Assembly: GCA_964199315.1 (NCBI GenBank)
Contig: OZ116707.1
Span: 7,750,001-7,814,000 of the forward strand
DNA: 64,000 bases
Origin: Orbicella franksi
Taxonomy: Eukaryota
Direction of reading: 5' to 3'
The translations under genes were made by a program, and so were the position numbers. How positions within the stretch are numbered: the stretch's first letter is position 1; each line of letters begins with the position of its first letter. Under the pieces are notes generated by a model. The model did not search any database and was not told where the DNA came from. It saw only the letters and a list, made by a program, of their open reading frames with translations. Below are positions 63,561 through 64,000 of this stretch, piece by piece.

Positions 63561-64000
63561 GAGCTCCTGCCTGAGAGCATTGAGAATCTTGCGACAGCGA
63601 CTATTTTGGCACATTGCTCATATTTTGCCTCAAGATACCCTTTGGTGACCTGATTTCAAAAATCATAATTTTAAGTTTCAGCACTTTTTTGTTTTTGAAA
63701 ACAATGCGAAAGTTTGAAAATGCGGTCAAAGTGCGTTTTCCACACAAAAGAATTTACCAAATAACACAGAAAGACGGGGCGTTGGTAAATTCTTGAAATT
63801 CAGTCAATTGCTGTTAAATTTTGCTCAGATATTGAATAGCTATTCCTCTTTACAGTTAAAGTTAAAAGATATGTCAAATGCTCTATTATTTTAAGTTTCA
63901 AGCCATTCAAAAAACACTTCCGTCGACCTATTAACGAGCGGCAAAATATTGGCTATTTTTGACTGGATAAAACTCTTTCTGGTACCTAATTATTTCAGAA

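Overview
AT-rich eukaryotic (animal) genomic DNA, most likely a stony coral or related cnidarian; this is an inference from the transposon repertoire. No rRNA, functional tRNA or CRISPR was seen. The window is mostly nested transposons: Tx1/L1-like LINEs, a near-intact CR1/L2-group LINE, Penelope-like elements, Ngaro/DIRS, a BEL/Pao relic, Harbinger, a complete ISL2EU (THAP-DDE plus SWIM-YqaJ), two Kolobok pieces, a pogo carrying a HIRAN gene, a piggyBac relic, MITEs and a tRNA-SINE. Parts of the left half are duplicated in the right half with different later insertions, so empty and filled insertion sites can be compared directly. Three things stand out. (1) A ~6.2 kb CpG-rich, GpC-poor island at ~5100-11300, inserted into a Kolobok ORF, with compact divergent spliced genes I cannot assign to any family, arranged around an array of 8 CCAAT boxes plus CRE and E-box motifs; it is possibly an endogenous DNA-virus fragment. 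(2) A tandem pair of complete type I hammerhead ribozymes 242 nt apart (retrozyme-like). (3) A spliced gene fragment resembling a bacterial-type beta-class N6/N4 DNA methyltransferase. All alignments and translations beyond the supplied ORF track were done by eye; no database search was run.
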